From Octopus sinensis (taxonomy: Eukaryota): a DNA stretch of 64,000 bases. The translations under genes and the position numbers were made by a program. Of this stretch, positions 47,665 through 61,546 are shown one piece after another. The notes beneath the pieces were generated by a model. It saw only the letters and a program-made list of their open reading frames with translations, made no database searches and was not told where the DNA came from. The stretch lies in contig NC_043006.1 of NCBI RefSeq assembly GCF_006345805.1, positions 3,224,001-3,288,000 on the forward strand, read 5' to 3'. Within the stretch, counting starts at the first letter, position 1; each line of letters opens with the position of its first letter.

Positions 47665-50554
47665 ATTTCGATCTAATAAAATACGTACTTTCTACTCCTA
47701 TATTGAACCCCTTTTTCAGTGAATGTTGCTGTTTTTTTATGTATTAATCTTTCAAAAATACTAACTTTAAATGATATATAATAGAAATATTGAAAATTGT
47801 CCTTTCCTTTTTACAAAATGATGTTTGTATGTTAATTAATGAGGAATCTTGGTAATGAATATTTAGGTAGAATTACAAAACATGTTATTAGTTTAATTAA
47901 TATCAGATGAAGGTACCGTATAGTGCTGGGTCTCAAAGGGAGGAAAATGCTATTGCTTTAGTTTAATAAGAATGTTACAGATTTAATCAGAAAAAGGAGA
48001 GTAGCTTTTACATGGACTCCTGGACTGCGATGAGTAAAAATAGTCAGAAGCAACAACTTAGACTGATACAGGTGGAAAAACCAGTGTACGAATGCTTGCA
48101 GCAGAGTAGATTCCGCTCAAGGCATCCAAAAGGCTAAATAGAAGTGCTAAGTTTAGCGATAAAGTCTACCATTTAGAATGAATACATTCCAGTAACTTCT
48201 GTTACATAGACTTATGTTAGAAAGTTTTTTTTAAAAGATCAGATGTTGCTTTAAGGACATCATAACCTCGGAACACTTTGGCTCAGCACAGTTAGCTAAA
48301 ACTTCAATTCAACAGTACGGTACAATACAATACATGTGTAATATTGGCTTTATGGACGGGTGTAGCACGAACAACAGGAGTCACTATTTCGATTTTGTGG
48401 GGGAAATAATAAAAGTTGAATTGTTTCAGAAAGGAAAAAAGAAAAAACAGACACAAGATTTTAATGACTTCTAACATAAGCTCAAGATCTCGAAATTTTG
48501 GGGTATGTATAATCGAATAAATCCAGACTAGAACTCATTCTTTAGTATATAGGCTCAGGAATGATCAATAGAAAAACCGATCACGAGACTAGATCAAAAA
48601 GTAAGAGAACTCGACCTGAAAGTTTGTAATAGGGATTTCCTATCACCCGCTTACAGGTGGCGTGAAGGTGTGTAGCCTAGGGATTAGGGTTGTTCGGCTC
48701 GTGATTATAAGGCTGAAGGTAAATTTCTGGACTGGGTGGTATGATGTAACCTCCAGCTAGGTACTTCATTTCACGCGGCAGATATTGAGTATCAGTCATG
48801 GTACTAGAGCAGTCCTTTCTTTAACTATGACGTGGTGGACATTCAACTAATCACGTGTAAGAGGCTGAGAGGATATCATCTATGATGCTCGCAACGACAT
48901 AGATACCAAGAATAATTAGCGAAAGCATAGCACGTGTTAACAAGCCATACTCGCTTGCGAGTGACGGATGGCTTTAATGATCGGTTAGGAATGTTATATC
49001 ATTTTTATACTGTTCCTCAGAATCCAGTCACTGACACCCATTTGGGAAGGTTTTCAAGGCAAATGTTATATAATTCAAGACTAAGGCTTTATCCACCGAA
49101 AATATTTTTATCTTAGAAGTTTTAAAATATATACTGTTAATTACTTCATGTTTTTGCGATTTTCCTCCGAAGTGTTCCTCTTTAGTTAGCTCGAATGTAA
49201 TTATGCAAACCGAGGAAGGATTGGTTCCTGTATGTGCTCAAGCATACTAAAACAACACCTGTGGTGTGATAGATATGCGAATGCGAAACCTTATCCATTA
49301 AGTCCTTGACATGCCATACATATGATACTAGACTTGCCAAATGGAATATATCATTATATCAGCTGTGATAAACATGCAGTTTTGCAGGGGGGAGTGAGAA
49401 GTAAAGTTAGTTTGATAAATGACGAGCTTATTGAAAGTTTACTTTATAAACATAATATAATTGTTAGAGTGTAGAATTACGTGATAAGAAGAGAAGTAGG
49501 AGACAGAGGCATAATTGCGAGGCAAGCACAATATTATAAGAGTACAATTACAAAATGAGGGTAGAATTTCGAAGAAATTTCTAAGTAATAAGATGGGGAG
49601 GGAGATTATAATATGAAGGGTCATCAGAATGAAATATTAGTGTTAAGCTGAAATAAATATCAAATTTTAATTTGAAAATATGAAAGCATTATCCATACAT
49701 AGCTACATATAATTACCAATGTATTTACAACAGTTATTTTGTTCGTGTTTCGTTTTCCTAGCTAGTTATCCACGAATATAGGGTTTGATCACATTCATGT
49801 GAAACTTCGCAACTTGTAATCTAGGAAAGTTAATGAGAAATTTGGGAAATATGTCATGAAGGTTGTTTCCCACTTCTCTTTTATGCATTGGGACATTTGA
49901 AGAGGTCGAGATGGGATTAGCGGACAAATGCACGATCAACATGCGAGGATAAACACAGATATTTTTGCTTGACGGATAATCCGTTTCATATATAAACAAG
50001 GAGCATGGTAGCAATGCAGCCATATAGACAGATAGGTAGATAGACAGGAAGACAGATGGACAAGCAGACTTATAGTCAGGTAAATAAAGGAAGACAGAGA
50101 GACAAGCAGACAGAGAGGCAGGTAGCTAGAAAGACATGAAGAGGGTAGAATACATATAGACAGGCAACCAGATAGCCAAACTGTCGAACAGACAGACAAC
50201 TATATAGATAGGCAGGCAAGCAGGCACGCATGCGGACGTGTAGACAGGCAACCAATAAGACAAGCAACCGGAACAGGCGGATAAAAAGCTAAAAGCACAA
50301 GCAGATAACCAGCCATACACACGCACTCATGCACACATGCGCATGCGCGTACACACACACACACACACATGCAAGCATTAACACAGAGGTAGACAGATAA
50401 AGAAGCAGGCATACAAATAGACAGATAGATACAACTCACACATATAACGAGGTGTAATTAAGAAAGATTATACAAAATTATGGCTAAGAGAAATATCACA
50501 AGTGCTATGAATTTGGATAAGGTAAATGGCAACATACTTAATGGCATACGCCTA

Positions 50555-50672
<118 letters not shown>

Positions 50673-50962
50673 GAAACAAAAATTTTCCATTTTAGAAGGA
50701 GAAAGTAAGCAGTTAACCTTTCGGCAATTGTTTGCGCCTCCTGAATTCCAAAAAGGGAGACATTTTCGTGAAGTTAATTAATCACTCAAAGCTAATTTAA
50801 ATACTTATAAAAGGAAGAAAAAAAAAAGAAGATATTTGTGTTCAGGCGAGGGAGAACTGTCGATGTATAAACATGTTTTGGTATATCAGTCCTCATGAGT
50901 ATAGTATAGTATACTTGAGCATGTTTGATCAATTCATAGCTCACCTCAGGATGTAAATTTAA

Positions 50963-51197
50963 TATTTATTTCTTTATTGCCCACAAGGGACTAAATATAG
51001 AGGGGACAAACAAAGACGGACAAAGGGATTAAGTCGATTATATCGACCCCAGTTCGTAACTGGTACTTATTTAATCGATCCTGAAAGGATGAAAGGCAAA
51101 GTCGACCTCGGCGGAATTTGAACTCAGAACGTAACGGCAGACGAAATACGGCTACGCATTCGCCCGGCGTGCTAACGATTCTGCCAGCTCGCCGCCT
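50963..51197 (-). mobile_element. SINE family B, full length (Meta-domain-like core)
   Basis: Head ggcggcgagctggcagaatcgttagc, B box gagttcaaattcc, core gcctttcatcctttc.ggatcgattaaataagtaccag. Confidence 0.9.
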
Positions 51198-51390
51198 TAT
51201 GTAAATTAAATATTAACGGGTTAATTTTACATTACTTGAAGTTATCTCCCCTTTTACTTGAGAGTTGCTCGTTGTTACCGGAAGGTTATTGTTTTCTTTT
51301 ATTTTCCGTACGAATTTCTGTTAATTGATATTTGTCTGTGTGTGAAGATATGCACGCACACACACACACACACACACGCACGCACGCACG

Positions 51391-51465
<75 letters not shown>

Positions 51466-51697
51466 ACATACGCACGCACACACAATTTAATGTGCTCAGA
51501 ATCTAAATAAGAGCTACTGATAGTTTCATGCTATGGAGACACATAATCCGTCAGTTTCATACAACGTACTTCGCATTTCCAAGTACAGTTTCAGGCTTAA
51601 CGCACATGGTTAGTCCTGTTTGAATACAAAGATGCAAGTCCATGAGAAAACACGAGAAATAAGCGAGAAGGAAGTTGATACAAAAAGTGTATGTATG

Positions 51698-51756
<59 letters not shown>

Positions 51757-51804
51757 TGTATGTATATATGTATGTATGTATGTGTGTATGTATGTATGTA
51801 TGTC

Positions 51805-54800
51805 ATTATTCAGTTTTATTTCAAGATTTTTTGCAAATAGAGAGTCTGTTTCTAAACTAGATTCAAAGCTACTTCATTAGAATTTGAACATCAACAACAG
51901 GGTATGTTTGTTTGTATGCATGTATGTATGTATGTGTGAATGTATGTATATATGAATGTATGTATGTATGTATGTATGTATGTATGTATGTATGTATGTA
52001 TGTATATTTGTATGTATGTATATGTGCAGATTTGTATCTTTTGCTTTACATGTGCATATATATTTAAATGATAAATTTCTGGAAAGTTGTAATCTGGATA
52101 GAGTAACTGCAGATTCTTCAATAATCCGGCGTAGGTGTTCTCTTTTTCACTGATCTTCAGCTTTATGTTAACATCAACTGGGCAGCTAATTTCCACAACT
52201 GTGCACAATTTCTCTTTATCCCAAATCATTAAATCATGTCTGTTGTACTTACATGTTATTGAAGTCTTCACTAGGACATTCCACCAGTACTCCTTGTTTA
52301 TTATGAGTAACTATGGCTTCTACCATACTGTGGGATCTTATTTCTTTGCTTGGGGTTATCCTTCCGACGGATTTCTTTATAGTGTCCCTAGCTACAACAT
52401 AAGTCTCATCGGTAGATAAAACCATGGTGACATTTTCGGACAATAGCTTATGATATGGGTGTATGTATATATGTAAAGGAAGTGAGCAACATTGTACGAG
52501 TTGCCAGTGAACTCCTCACGAAACACTCTCTCCTGCTCACTTCACTTTTCAGCACTGCATTTATATGTTTATTTTTGCTGCTGTTGTTTAGCAGGTGCTG
52601 CCTGAGTGATACCATACAGCATTCAAAGGCCGTCTGCACTGATCACAGGCCTCTACCACCATGCCTGTATCAGCTGAAAATGTTGTTATCAATTCCAGTT
52701 GTCTTTGGCATTGTTAACACGTTTAGCATAAATCTTCAGGTCGTCTACGAAGAAATTATGAGTTACATTGATATTTCTGGTAGTTGAAGATCCTAGCATG
52801 TAACCATTTGTTTTCTGCAGTAGAAACGATAATGGATTCAGTGCCAAAACGAAAAGAAATACAGAAAGACTATCTCCCTGGACCATTCCCTTTGTAATGC
52901 CTATACTATTAGAAACAATTATTGTGTTCTCAGTTGTAAGGGTAAGAATAGCTGTCCATGTCTTTGTGAGTCTCTCTATAGCAACAATTAAGGTAGTATG
53001 TACCTTTGCCAGATGTAGGCACTTCAACAGCCATGAATGAAGGATAGAGTCAAATGCCTTCTTATAGTCAGGTCATACGGTTACAATGCGTTGTTTTCTT
53101 ACTTCAGATAGTACAGCTTTGTTTATTAAAAGTTGTTCGGCCGTCATCCCCACACTCCCTTCTTTCCACCATCCTATTCATCAGTCACAATGTTGTTAAA
53201 CTCTCAATGGTCCTGGAGGAATTGGTTGAGGTAACTTGTGTATAGTTTATACATATTGTTTAAGCAAGCAATGGGCCTGTAGTTTCCTGCCATCTCGGTG
53301 ATTTCATTTTTGGCAACAAGATTTGTCTTTGTGTAGCAATGTGATATACCAGTCTGACCTTCCGTAGTCCTTTTGAACATACATATCAATTAGTTCTATA
53401 AAATATCAGCTTCTTGTATCAATATCCAGCTATTAGGTCCTTTCTAGATGCCTTCCCATTCTGCAGTTTGCCTACTGCTATAGCGAAGGTCTCTGCATCA
53501 ATTTTCTATGTTTTACTGTTAGTGTTGGTACAGTATTCTCTCTCAATCGTATTTAACCATGATACACTCAGTTTGAAATCCATCCTTTTGTTCCAAACTT
53601 TTGATCAGAATGATTGTAGGTCTTCTTGGGAGGGAGTTTTTTTGATGGAAATATTTTCTTTCCTCGTCTCTCTCTCTATAATTCTTGTGGGTTGGAAGCA
53701 AACTTGTGATTGATACTCAAAAAGTCGCTTGCAATAGCGGAGTTTCTCGCTCATCGTCCTGAGTTCATGTTTTAAAGTGATTTGCTTTCCCTCAAGAGCT
53801 CGGTGTGAAGAGTTGCCATAAAGATTCATTAATTTTTGTCTGAGGTAGAGTTGGTGAGGTGTAAACTCATTTTTTCTCCTTACATTTTATTGTTGTAGTT
53901 AACCATCCAATATGGCGGCGCACGTTGTTGATGTTTTCGTCAAGTTTTGTTTTCCATCTAGTTTGTTTCCGTTTAGTAATTTCGTTATTTTGTTCACTGT
54001 AGATTTCTCCTAAAGTGTTCTTTAAGAGTAATAGCGGCTGTGTATATAAGAGTATTACTATTCTAGTAATTAGCATCCCATGATTCCATGTGCTCTCCAG
54101 CAACATCGTTGATAACCTTAAACATTAGATCGGTCGGATTTTTCTCTCACTCGCGCTGAGAATAGTCTGTTGCTCAACGAAAACTTCGAGAGAGTAGCAA
54201 AAGGTTTTGCGAATTGTAATTCTGAAATGCTTATGAGTTGGTTGTATTCCACAGTCTCGCTACTGAGTCAGCTAAATTTGGAGACACACTCGAATTTAGC
54301 GATGGCGGAAGTGGTCGTTTGTTTACAATTTTTTTTACGCCGCTCCTGGCAGATTTTGACCCGTTTTCAGTGTTTTGGGAAGATCGAAGACGAGTGTTTT
54401 TTTTTTTCCAAAAGATGCTTGTTGTCGGAGCTGTTTTACCATGAAGGTATTTAAGTTCGGATAAGCTTCCTCCTAGTATTGTTTTTTTAACCGGTTCATA
54501 TATCCGATTGAAAGGTTATCTCAGGCTTTTTTCATAGCACCGACGTAAATCTTGGTTTAGTTGTTGAGTCCAAGTAAAATGAGAAGATTTCTTACGTCTT
54601 CTGAAATATTTTACCGGTGAAATTGTTCTGTTTTCATCGGTGGTGACGTTGTTAGTTTCATCTGCGGTGGAGTTAGTTTCAGCCATAATCGTGATAGCGA
54701 GATACAACGTGGTGTAGATGTATATTTTAAAATCTGCTTAGGATAGTGCTACGATGGCGAGAAAAAGGTGTTTCTCTTATTAATTGTTGGAGAAATAAAC

Positions 54801-54908
54801 CAGTTACTGATTTAGGCTGGAGAAGTTGGCATATTTCTAGAGGAAGGCGTTCGAAACGGACTTTTTAAACAGTCCTCTACACCTGCACGTCTGATGTTGA
54901 CGGCGCCA
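51805..54908 (-). mobile_element. Near full-length decayed R4/Dong-like RLE LINE between (TATG)n tracts
   Basis: GNYRPIACLN.MYK, QGDSLS..LFVLALNPLS, FFVDDLKIYA, RHDLMIWD....VVEISCP; many frameshifts. Confidence 0.9.
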
Positions 54909-55005
54909 TTACGTATGTATGTATGTATGTATGTATGTATGTATGTATGTATGTATGTATGTATGTATGTATGTATGTATGTGTAGGGGAGCTGACAAAA
55001 TCCTT

Positions 55006-55325
55006 ACCAAAGCCTTGTGAGTGGATCTGGTAGATGAAAACTGAAAGAAGCCCGTCATATATATATTTGTGCGTGTGTATGTGTGTCTGTATGTATATAT
55101 ATGTATCTATGTGTCTGTGTTTATCCTCCCTACCATCGCTTGACAACCGATGTAGGTGTGTGAATGTACCCGTGACGTTCATAAAAAGAGACCAATAGAA
55201 TAAGTACTAGGTTTACAAAGAATGAGATTTGGAGTCGATATATTCGACTAAAACCTGTTAAAGCGGTGCTCCAGTATGGCTGCAGTCAAATGACTGAAAC
55301 AAGTAAAAGAAGAAAAGAATAAGAG
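55006..55325 (+). mobile_element. SINE family A, 5'-truncated
   Basis: Matches 5300-5593. Confidence 0.85.
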
Positions 55326-55335
55326 AATATATATA

Positions 55336-55380
<45 letters not shown>

Positions 55381-55579
55381 GATCCTCACAAGCAAACATA
55401 TACATACATTCATACATATACATATACCTATATATATATATATGAGGTATTGATACCCAGAAGACCCCAAATGTCAGGTAAGGCTATGTAAGTGCTACGG
55501 AAGGGTCGTAGTTAGACTCTCGGTTCGAAAATAATACGAGTGAGGAGTGTAATGCGGGTCTTGTGTGAGCATGTGTATG

Positions 55580-56275
55580 TTAAATAAAATGAGACAACAA
55601 AACCAAAGCTGTGTGGAATTTATGGGACATTTATAAAGAAAAAGCTAGTCTTACAGCTGTTTCAGGGATATTAGGGAAATCCCTTCAGCAGAGACGATAT
55701 GAGAGAGTTAACCAGTGGGAAATGGTAGAGTTCAATATAAGGAGATATTTTTGGAAAAAGATGGATATAGGAAGTATAAAGGGAAACAAGAGAATGAAAA
55801 TAAAAATATATGTAGGATGTTATAGTTGCAGTTCCATTATCCAAGGAAAGTGTTGTATAGAATGGGTAGAAACGCTTCTTGTCCATGATATGCAGGTTCC
55901 GGTAGGAGTTCACATTCTACTATCTACTTGTAATAACAAAATATGTACTCCTACCGGAACCTGCATATCATGGACAAGAAGCGTTTCTACCCATTCTACA
56001 CAACACTTTCCTTGAATAATGGAACTGCAACTATAACATCCTACATATATTTTTATTTTCATTCTCTTGTTTTCCTTTATACTTCCTATATCCATCTTTT
56101 TCCAAAAATATCTCCTTATATTGAACTCTACCATTTCCCACTGGTTAACTCCCTCATATCGTCTCTGCTGAAGGGATTTCCCTAATATCCCTGAAACAGC
56201 TGTAAGACTAGCTTTTTCTTTATAAATGTCCTATAAATTCCACACAGCTTGGTTTACTTGTCTCATTTTATTTAA
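55580..56275. repeat. Long inverted duplication (~330-bp arms, ~37-bp spacer) of a pLTR-like sequence
   Basis: 55580-55909 is the reverse complement of 55947-56275 with few mismatches. Confidence 0.95.
56161..56208 (+). ncRNA. Minimal hammerhead-like motif, A6C core (mirror copy 55648-55695, minus strand)
   Basis: gtct-CUGCUGA-agggat(9 nt)atccct-GAAAC-agct-GUA-agac. Confidence 0.68.
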
Positions 56276-57133
56276 TACACACATATACGCATGCTGGACC
56301 GCTGAACTCAACATGTTTTTTTCATTCTCTCTCTCTTTATTTCCTCTTATTCCTTTCTGTTGAGGCGCGTAGAAGACTTTTTCATTTTTCCTGAGCGTCA
56401 AACTAATACACTTGCTTGTTGTTCATAGACCTGTCTTCATCTTTTGTCTTTCTATAAATTTCAACTATATATATATACAGAGAGAGATACAGAGAGGGAA
56501 TGAGGAAAGAAAAGTGAAAAAGCAGAATAACGGAATAACAGAAAATAAACAATAGACTGAGATGCTTTTAGCGGTAAATCCAGGCATGAATCTAAATGAT
56601 AGGATCAGGTAAAAGTTAAGACCTGTTACTTTATAATTGGGTCCCGCGAATCCATTGATTGCGAATTTATAACTGGGTCTGACCAGTTTATTGCTGACCA
56701 TTAATATAAATCAACTTTATTAATTGATTCAAACCGAAAGCTAAATTGCAAGATATGTGATGTTGTCATGTATTATTTTAGTGCTCAGAAAACAGCTACC
56801 ATAAGGAGAATAGGTGTGAAATCAATATTCGCCGGGATTATAAATCTTAAAACTAAATCATTGCTAAAAACTTATTTTTAACGATCACTCCAAAAATTGT
56901 CAACAGTTATTATTTGTAAATAAGTAAATGTATAAATAAATAGAATAAATAGATAAATAATGATACAATTAGACGAAAGCGGAATTTCCAGTGCCCTACA
57001 GAAATAGATGTCTTATCACCACTCAAGAGAGTCCAACTTATGATTAATAAGATTACTCTAATATTAACATCACACGTATTACTGATTGTATTATTAGCTA
57101 ATTAGCTACATGCACAGCAACGTATATATAGAT

Positions 57134-57199
<66 letters not shown>

Positions 57200-57446
57200 T
57201 CTGTCAGGTACGAGATGATAAGATATTTGATTGGCCTTAGGGTTTAACTTGTCTGAAACAAGACGAGTCTGTTGATCTGACTTACGTATCTTTTAGATAA
57301 AACTTTGTTGCGCTCACCTACACCGAAAGCTTCGGGCAACCACGGAAAATATACATAGTAGAGAAACCATATCATCACCACTTTTCTTGCAGAATAATCA
57401 AATGTCATGATCGATGTAATAGCGTTAGGTGTGACAAGTATTATAA

Positions 57447-57506
<60 letters not shown>

Positions 57507-57534
57507 TATATATTTATACACACACACACACATA

Positions 57535-57626
<92 letters not shown>

Positions 57627-58591
57627 GATAAGAAAGTTTGTTTGGTAAAGCACGTGGGTGAATATATAAGAAAATAGTAAAGTGTGAAAAAACGACAGAA
57701 GGCTTAAATGTTAAAAAATATATATATTTGTGTCAAAATGTCTGGAGAATATTGCAAAAATTTTTTTTCCTTTCCTTAAAATGACATAATTTAAAATTTT
57801 TTTAAAGAAATTACCGGTTTCGCGTGTAGCTTTTCAAATTTCTTGTGACGTTATGTTTATATTGCATGGAGTTATCGTTGTGTTCATTTCCAGGAGATTT
57901 CTAAATAAGGGGAGGTAGTGAGTGATTTCTTCCGGTGTAAGGGAGATAATCGCTTAAAAATTTTTTTCCCTTTTCCTTGTTAATTTCTCTGTGTCAGTAT
58001 GTTCGGATGGTTGAGTCTGGGTTTGTACTTTTCAATGAAGAATGTTTCCTTGTTCAGTCTCATTTGTGTTGATGATCCGAAAGCACATTGGTAAAATGGG
58101 AAGATTAAAAATTGTGGCAGTAGTTGCTTTGCGAGCAACTACTGCCACAATTTTAATCTTCCCATTTTACCAATGTGCTTTCGGATCATCAACACAAATG
58201 AGACTGAACAAGGAAACATTCTTCATTGAAAAGTACAAACCCAGACTCAACCATCCGAACATACTGACACAGAGAAATTAACAAGGAAAAGGGAAAAAAA
58301 ATTTTTAAGCGATTATCTCCCTTACACCGGAAGAAATCACTCACAACCTCCCCTTATTTAGAAATCTCCTGGAAATGAACACAACGATAACTCCATGCAA
58401 TATAAACATAACGTCACAAGAAATTTGAAAAGCTACACGCGAAACCGGTAATTTCTTTAAAAAATTTTAAATTATGTCATTTTAAGGAAAGGAAAAAAAA
58501 TTTTTCCAATATTCTCCAGACATTTTGACACAAATATATATATTTTTTAACATTAAGCTTTCTGTCGTTTTTTCACACTTTACTATTTTCT

Positions 58592-58598
<7 letters not shown>
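57627..58598. mobile_element. Penelope 3' fragment as a ~465-bp-arm palindrome with a 5-nt spacer (58129-33)
   Basis: Encodes FPFYQCA...RLNKETFFIEKYKP, as at 39774-39950; arms nearly identical; flanked by (TA)n. Confidence 0.95.
58418..58457 (+). ncRNA. Minimal hammerhead-like motif, U3:A8 core (mirror copy 57805-57844, minus strand)
   Basis: aagaaat-UUGAAAA-gc(tacac)gc-GAAAC-cg-GUA-atttctt. Confidence 0.75.
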
Positions 58599-58624
<26 letters not shown>

Positions 58625-58646
58625 TATATATATATAATATATGTAA

Positions 58647-58955
58647 ATGGCACTCCGTCGGTTACGACGACGAGAGTTCCGGTTGATCCGATCAACGGAA
58701 CAGCCTGCTCGTAAAATTAACGTGCAAGTGGCTGAGTATTCCTCAAACATGCATACTCTTAACGTAGTTCTCAGGAAGATTCAGTGTGACACAGTGTGTA
58801 ACAAGGCTGAGCCTTTGAAATACAGGTACTACTTATTTTTGCCTGCCAAGAGGGCTGGAGCAACGGGAAATAAAGTGTCTTGCTCAAAGACACAACGCGT
58901 CACTAGGAATTGAACTCATGACCTTACGATTGTGAGCCGAATACACTAACCCATG
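58647..58955 (-). mobile_element. SINE family D
   Basis: Matches 10015-10329. Confidence 0.85.
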
Positions 58956-59002
58956 TGCTCTCCACAGACACACACACACACACACGCATAACAATGCGCC
59001 TT

Positions 59003-59146
<144 letters not shown>

Positions 59147-59204
59147 TTATATATATATATGTATGTATGTATGTGTGTATGTATTTATATATATATACTT
59201 ATAA

Positions 59205-59540
59205 GGCGCATGACTCAGTGTTAAGAGTGTCGGGTTCACAGTCATGAGGTAGTGAGTCCGATCCTCGGACCGGGTTCTGTGTTGTGTTCTTGAGCAAGAT
59301 ACTTTATTTCATGTTACTTCAGTTCATTCAGCTGTAGAAATGAGTTGCGACGTCCCTGGTGCCAAGCTGTATCGGCTTTTGCCTTTGAATTTCATTTGGA
59401 TAACATCAATGGCTCGGAGAATGGAGGCTGGAATAAATGGGCGGCCGCTTGTCTTCCATAAAGAAACTTGCCTGGAACTGCACCTCGAAGTAAACTTTCT
59501 AGCTGTAATTCCATGGTCATTCATGACCGATGGGTGCCCT
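59205..59540 (+). mobile_element. SINE family C
   Basis: Matches 13949-14310. Confidence 0.85.
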
Positions 59541-60271
59541 TACCCCTCATATATACACATACAGACACGCACACGCACACACATTTATATCAAAACACAC
59601 AGATACACAGACACAGACACACACACACACACACAGACATATATATATAAGCATCAGATATGACTGTAAAACGGGTTCATTATGCGATTGAAACCAGTGT
59701 AGTCCCACTGATAATGAACGACCTTGAGAAAAGTAGGTATGAATCATAATACTTTCTTTTATGACAGTATTTGCAAATGTTTTGTTTTTCGACTCTCTAT
59801 GTGCGTATTTCAAATCTTGCTGTGGACGACTTTAAATGTCATCTTTCCGGGATCACCTTCGAGTTTCCTTCTTCCTGGATCGATGAAATAAGTAGCAGTT
59901 AAATATCATCGAGTGCTTGGACTGTCGATAAGTCTTCCGTTGGCTTCTGTTAGGAATCAATAAAACAGTGTTAGGCTGTAACAATGATTTTCGATGTTTC
60001 TGAAGTAAAAGTCGCTAATGATTATATGATAACATTATTGCTTCTACTGCTGCTGCTGCTGCTGCTGCTGCTGTTATTGATGGCGATGTTTAATCCCAGA
60101 GCAGCTTTCGTCGAGTACATTGTCGACAGAATGTGGAGGCGCGAACTATCTTCCGAGTCATATCACAACGTCTCAGCTCAACCGATGATCATACTTCACA
60201 TTCTTTGCTCTCTCTCCTTCACTTTCTCTGTCTCTCATCTATCTCTGTCTGTCTGTCTGTCTGTCTCTGTC

Positions 60272-60305
<34 letters not shown>

Positions 60306-60604
60306 CCTTTCTCTCTCTCTCTCTCGCTCTCGCTCTCTCTACTATCAGTCTATTCTGCACACCTGCAGATTTCTGTTGCAGTCACACAGCAATTGAGAAA
60401 CAGACTCGGTCAGATTCAGTCAGAGCAAGAAAGTTGCGAAAACTCTACATTTATAGATGATACTACGGAACCCAGCGCAATGTTTAGGGGTAGTTATATT
60501 ACAGTAATTGCAGCTATTTCTGTGCGTATATGATTCTTTACATTTCTCGAAGTTGCATGCTTAAAGGACACTGTTGTGGTTGTACGTTGAGGATGTTGTA
60601 TGTA

Positions 60605-61451
60605 CGAGGTCTGATCAATAAGTACCCGGACCGTTGCCAGAGTGAAGTCGCTTGGTACAGATTCACCTTGCCCTCAGCTGTGCATGCACACTAAGTTTTA
60701 ACATTCTAGCTCATTTCTGCTGTATACAGCAATGCTTCGAAGGACAGTGTGTAGCGTGTGATCGCCACATTGACCATGACAGAGAAAGTTTTCAAGGCAA
60801 TATCCACCAAGAGGCCTGCGCAAAGTTGCAGAAAGTGTATGGAGAGGAGTATACGAGCGGCACACAAATGTACGAGGGGTTCAGACGTTTCCAAAATGGC
60901 TGAAAAAATGTCGATATTGACGAACGTTCTGGGAGATCCGCAACCAGTAGAAATGAGAAAACATCGCAGCTGTGTGGGACAATCGTCGAATTACCATCCG
61001 GATGTGCTGATTAGTTACGGTTCAGTTCAGTCTATTAGCACAGGCGATTTAGGTATGAGACTCATGTCTGCCAAGTTTGTTGCCAGAACTGTTTTCAGCT
61101 GACCCAAAAGACATCCGGGCTTCAGTTGCACAAGATGTACTTGATTGTGTTGAGAACGATGAAAACTTTTTGAAAACTTTGCATAGGCCTCTGAGCAGAT
61201 ATCGCTAAGCTTTTGGAAAAATTTGATGTAGATTCTCTGCTGAATTTTCTCTGTCATTGACAATGCGACGATCACACGCTACACACCTTCCTTCCAAGCA
61301 CTGCTGTAAACAACAGAAGTAAGCTAGAATGTCAAAACTTAGTGCGCATGCGCTGTAGAGTTCAAGGTTAACTTGTGTCCAGCGGCTTTACTCTGTGTGC
61401 TTCAGCTTTGTTACTACAGTAACAATCCGGATACTTATTGATCTGACCACG
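60605..61451. mobile_element. Non-autonomous mariner built from two inverted left ends
   Basis: TA|cgaggtctgatcaataagta ... tacttattgatctgaccacg|TA; both arms contain the MTEK start of the transposase; internal DLGMRLMSAKFV motif. Confidence 0.88.
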
Positions 61452-61546
61452 TATCATTCATGTTGAAACAAAGACTGTGTTTCGAGCGCACTGCGGCATC
61501 CAAGCTGTGCGTCTCGAACATTTATCTTCTCTTTCATTCCTTTATA

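Noticed and set aside
48850-48938. cacgtg...ttagc-GAAA...cacgtg fold
   Set aside because: No CUGANGA-like strand.
54800-54908. Possible HDV-like ribozyme at the LINE 5' end
   Set aside because: Some pairings exist, but the P3/P1.1/P4/J4-2 order could not be built.
56345-56400. ctgttga...gcgtag resembling a hammerhead 5' half
   Set aside because: No GAAA half is present in this copy.
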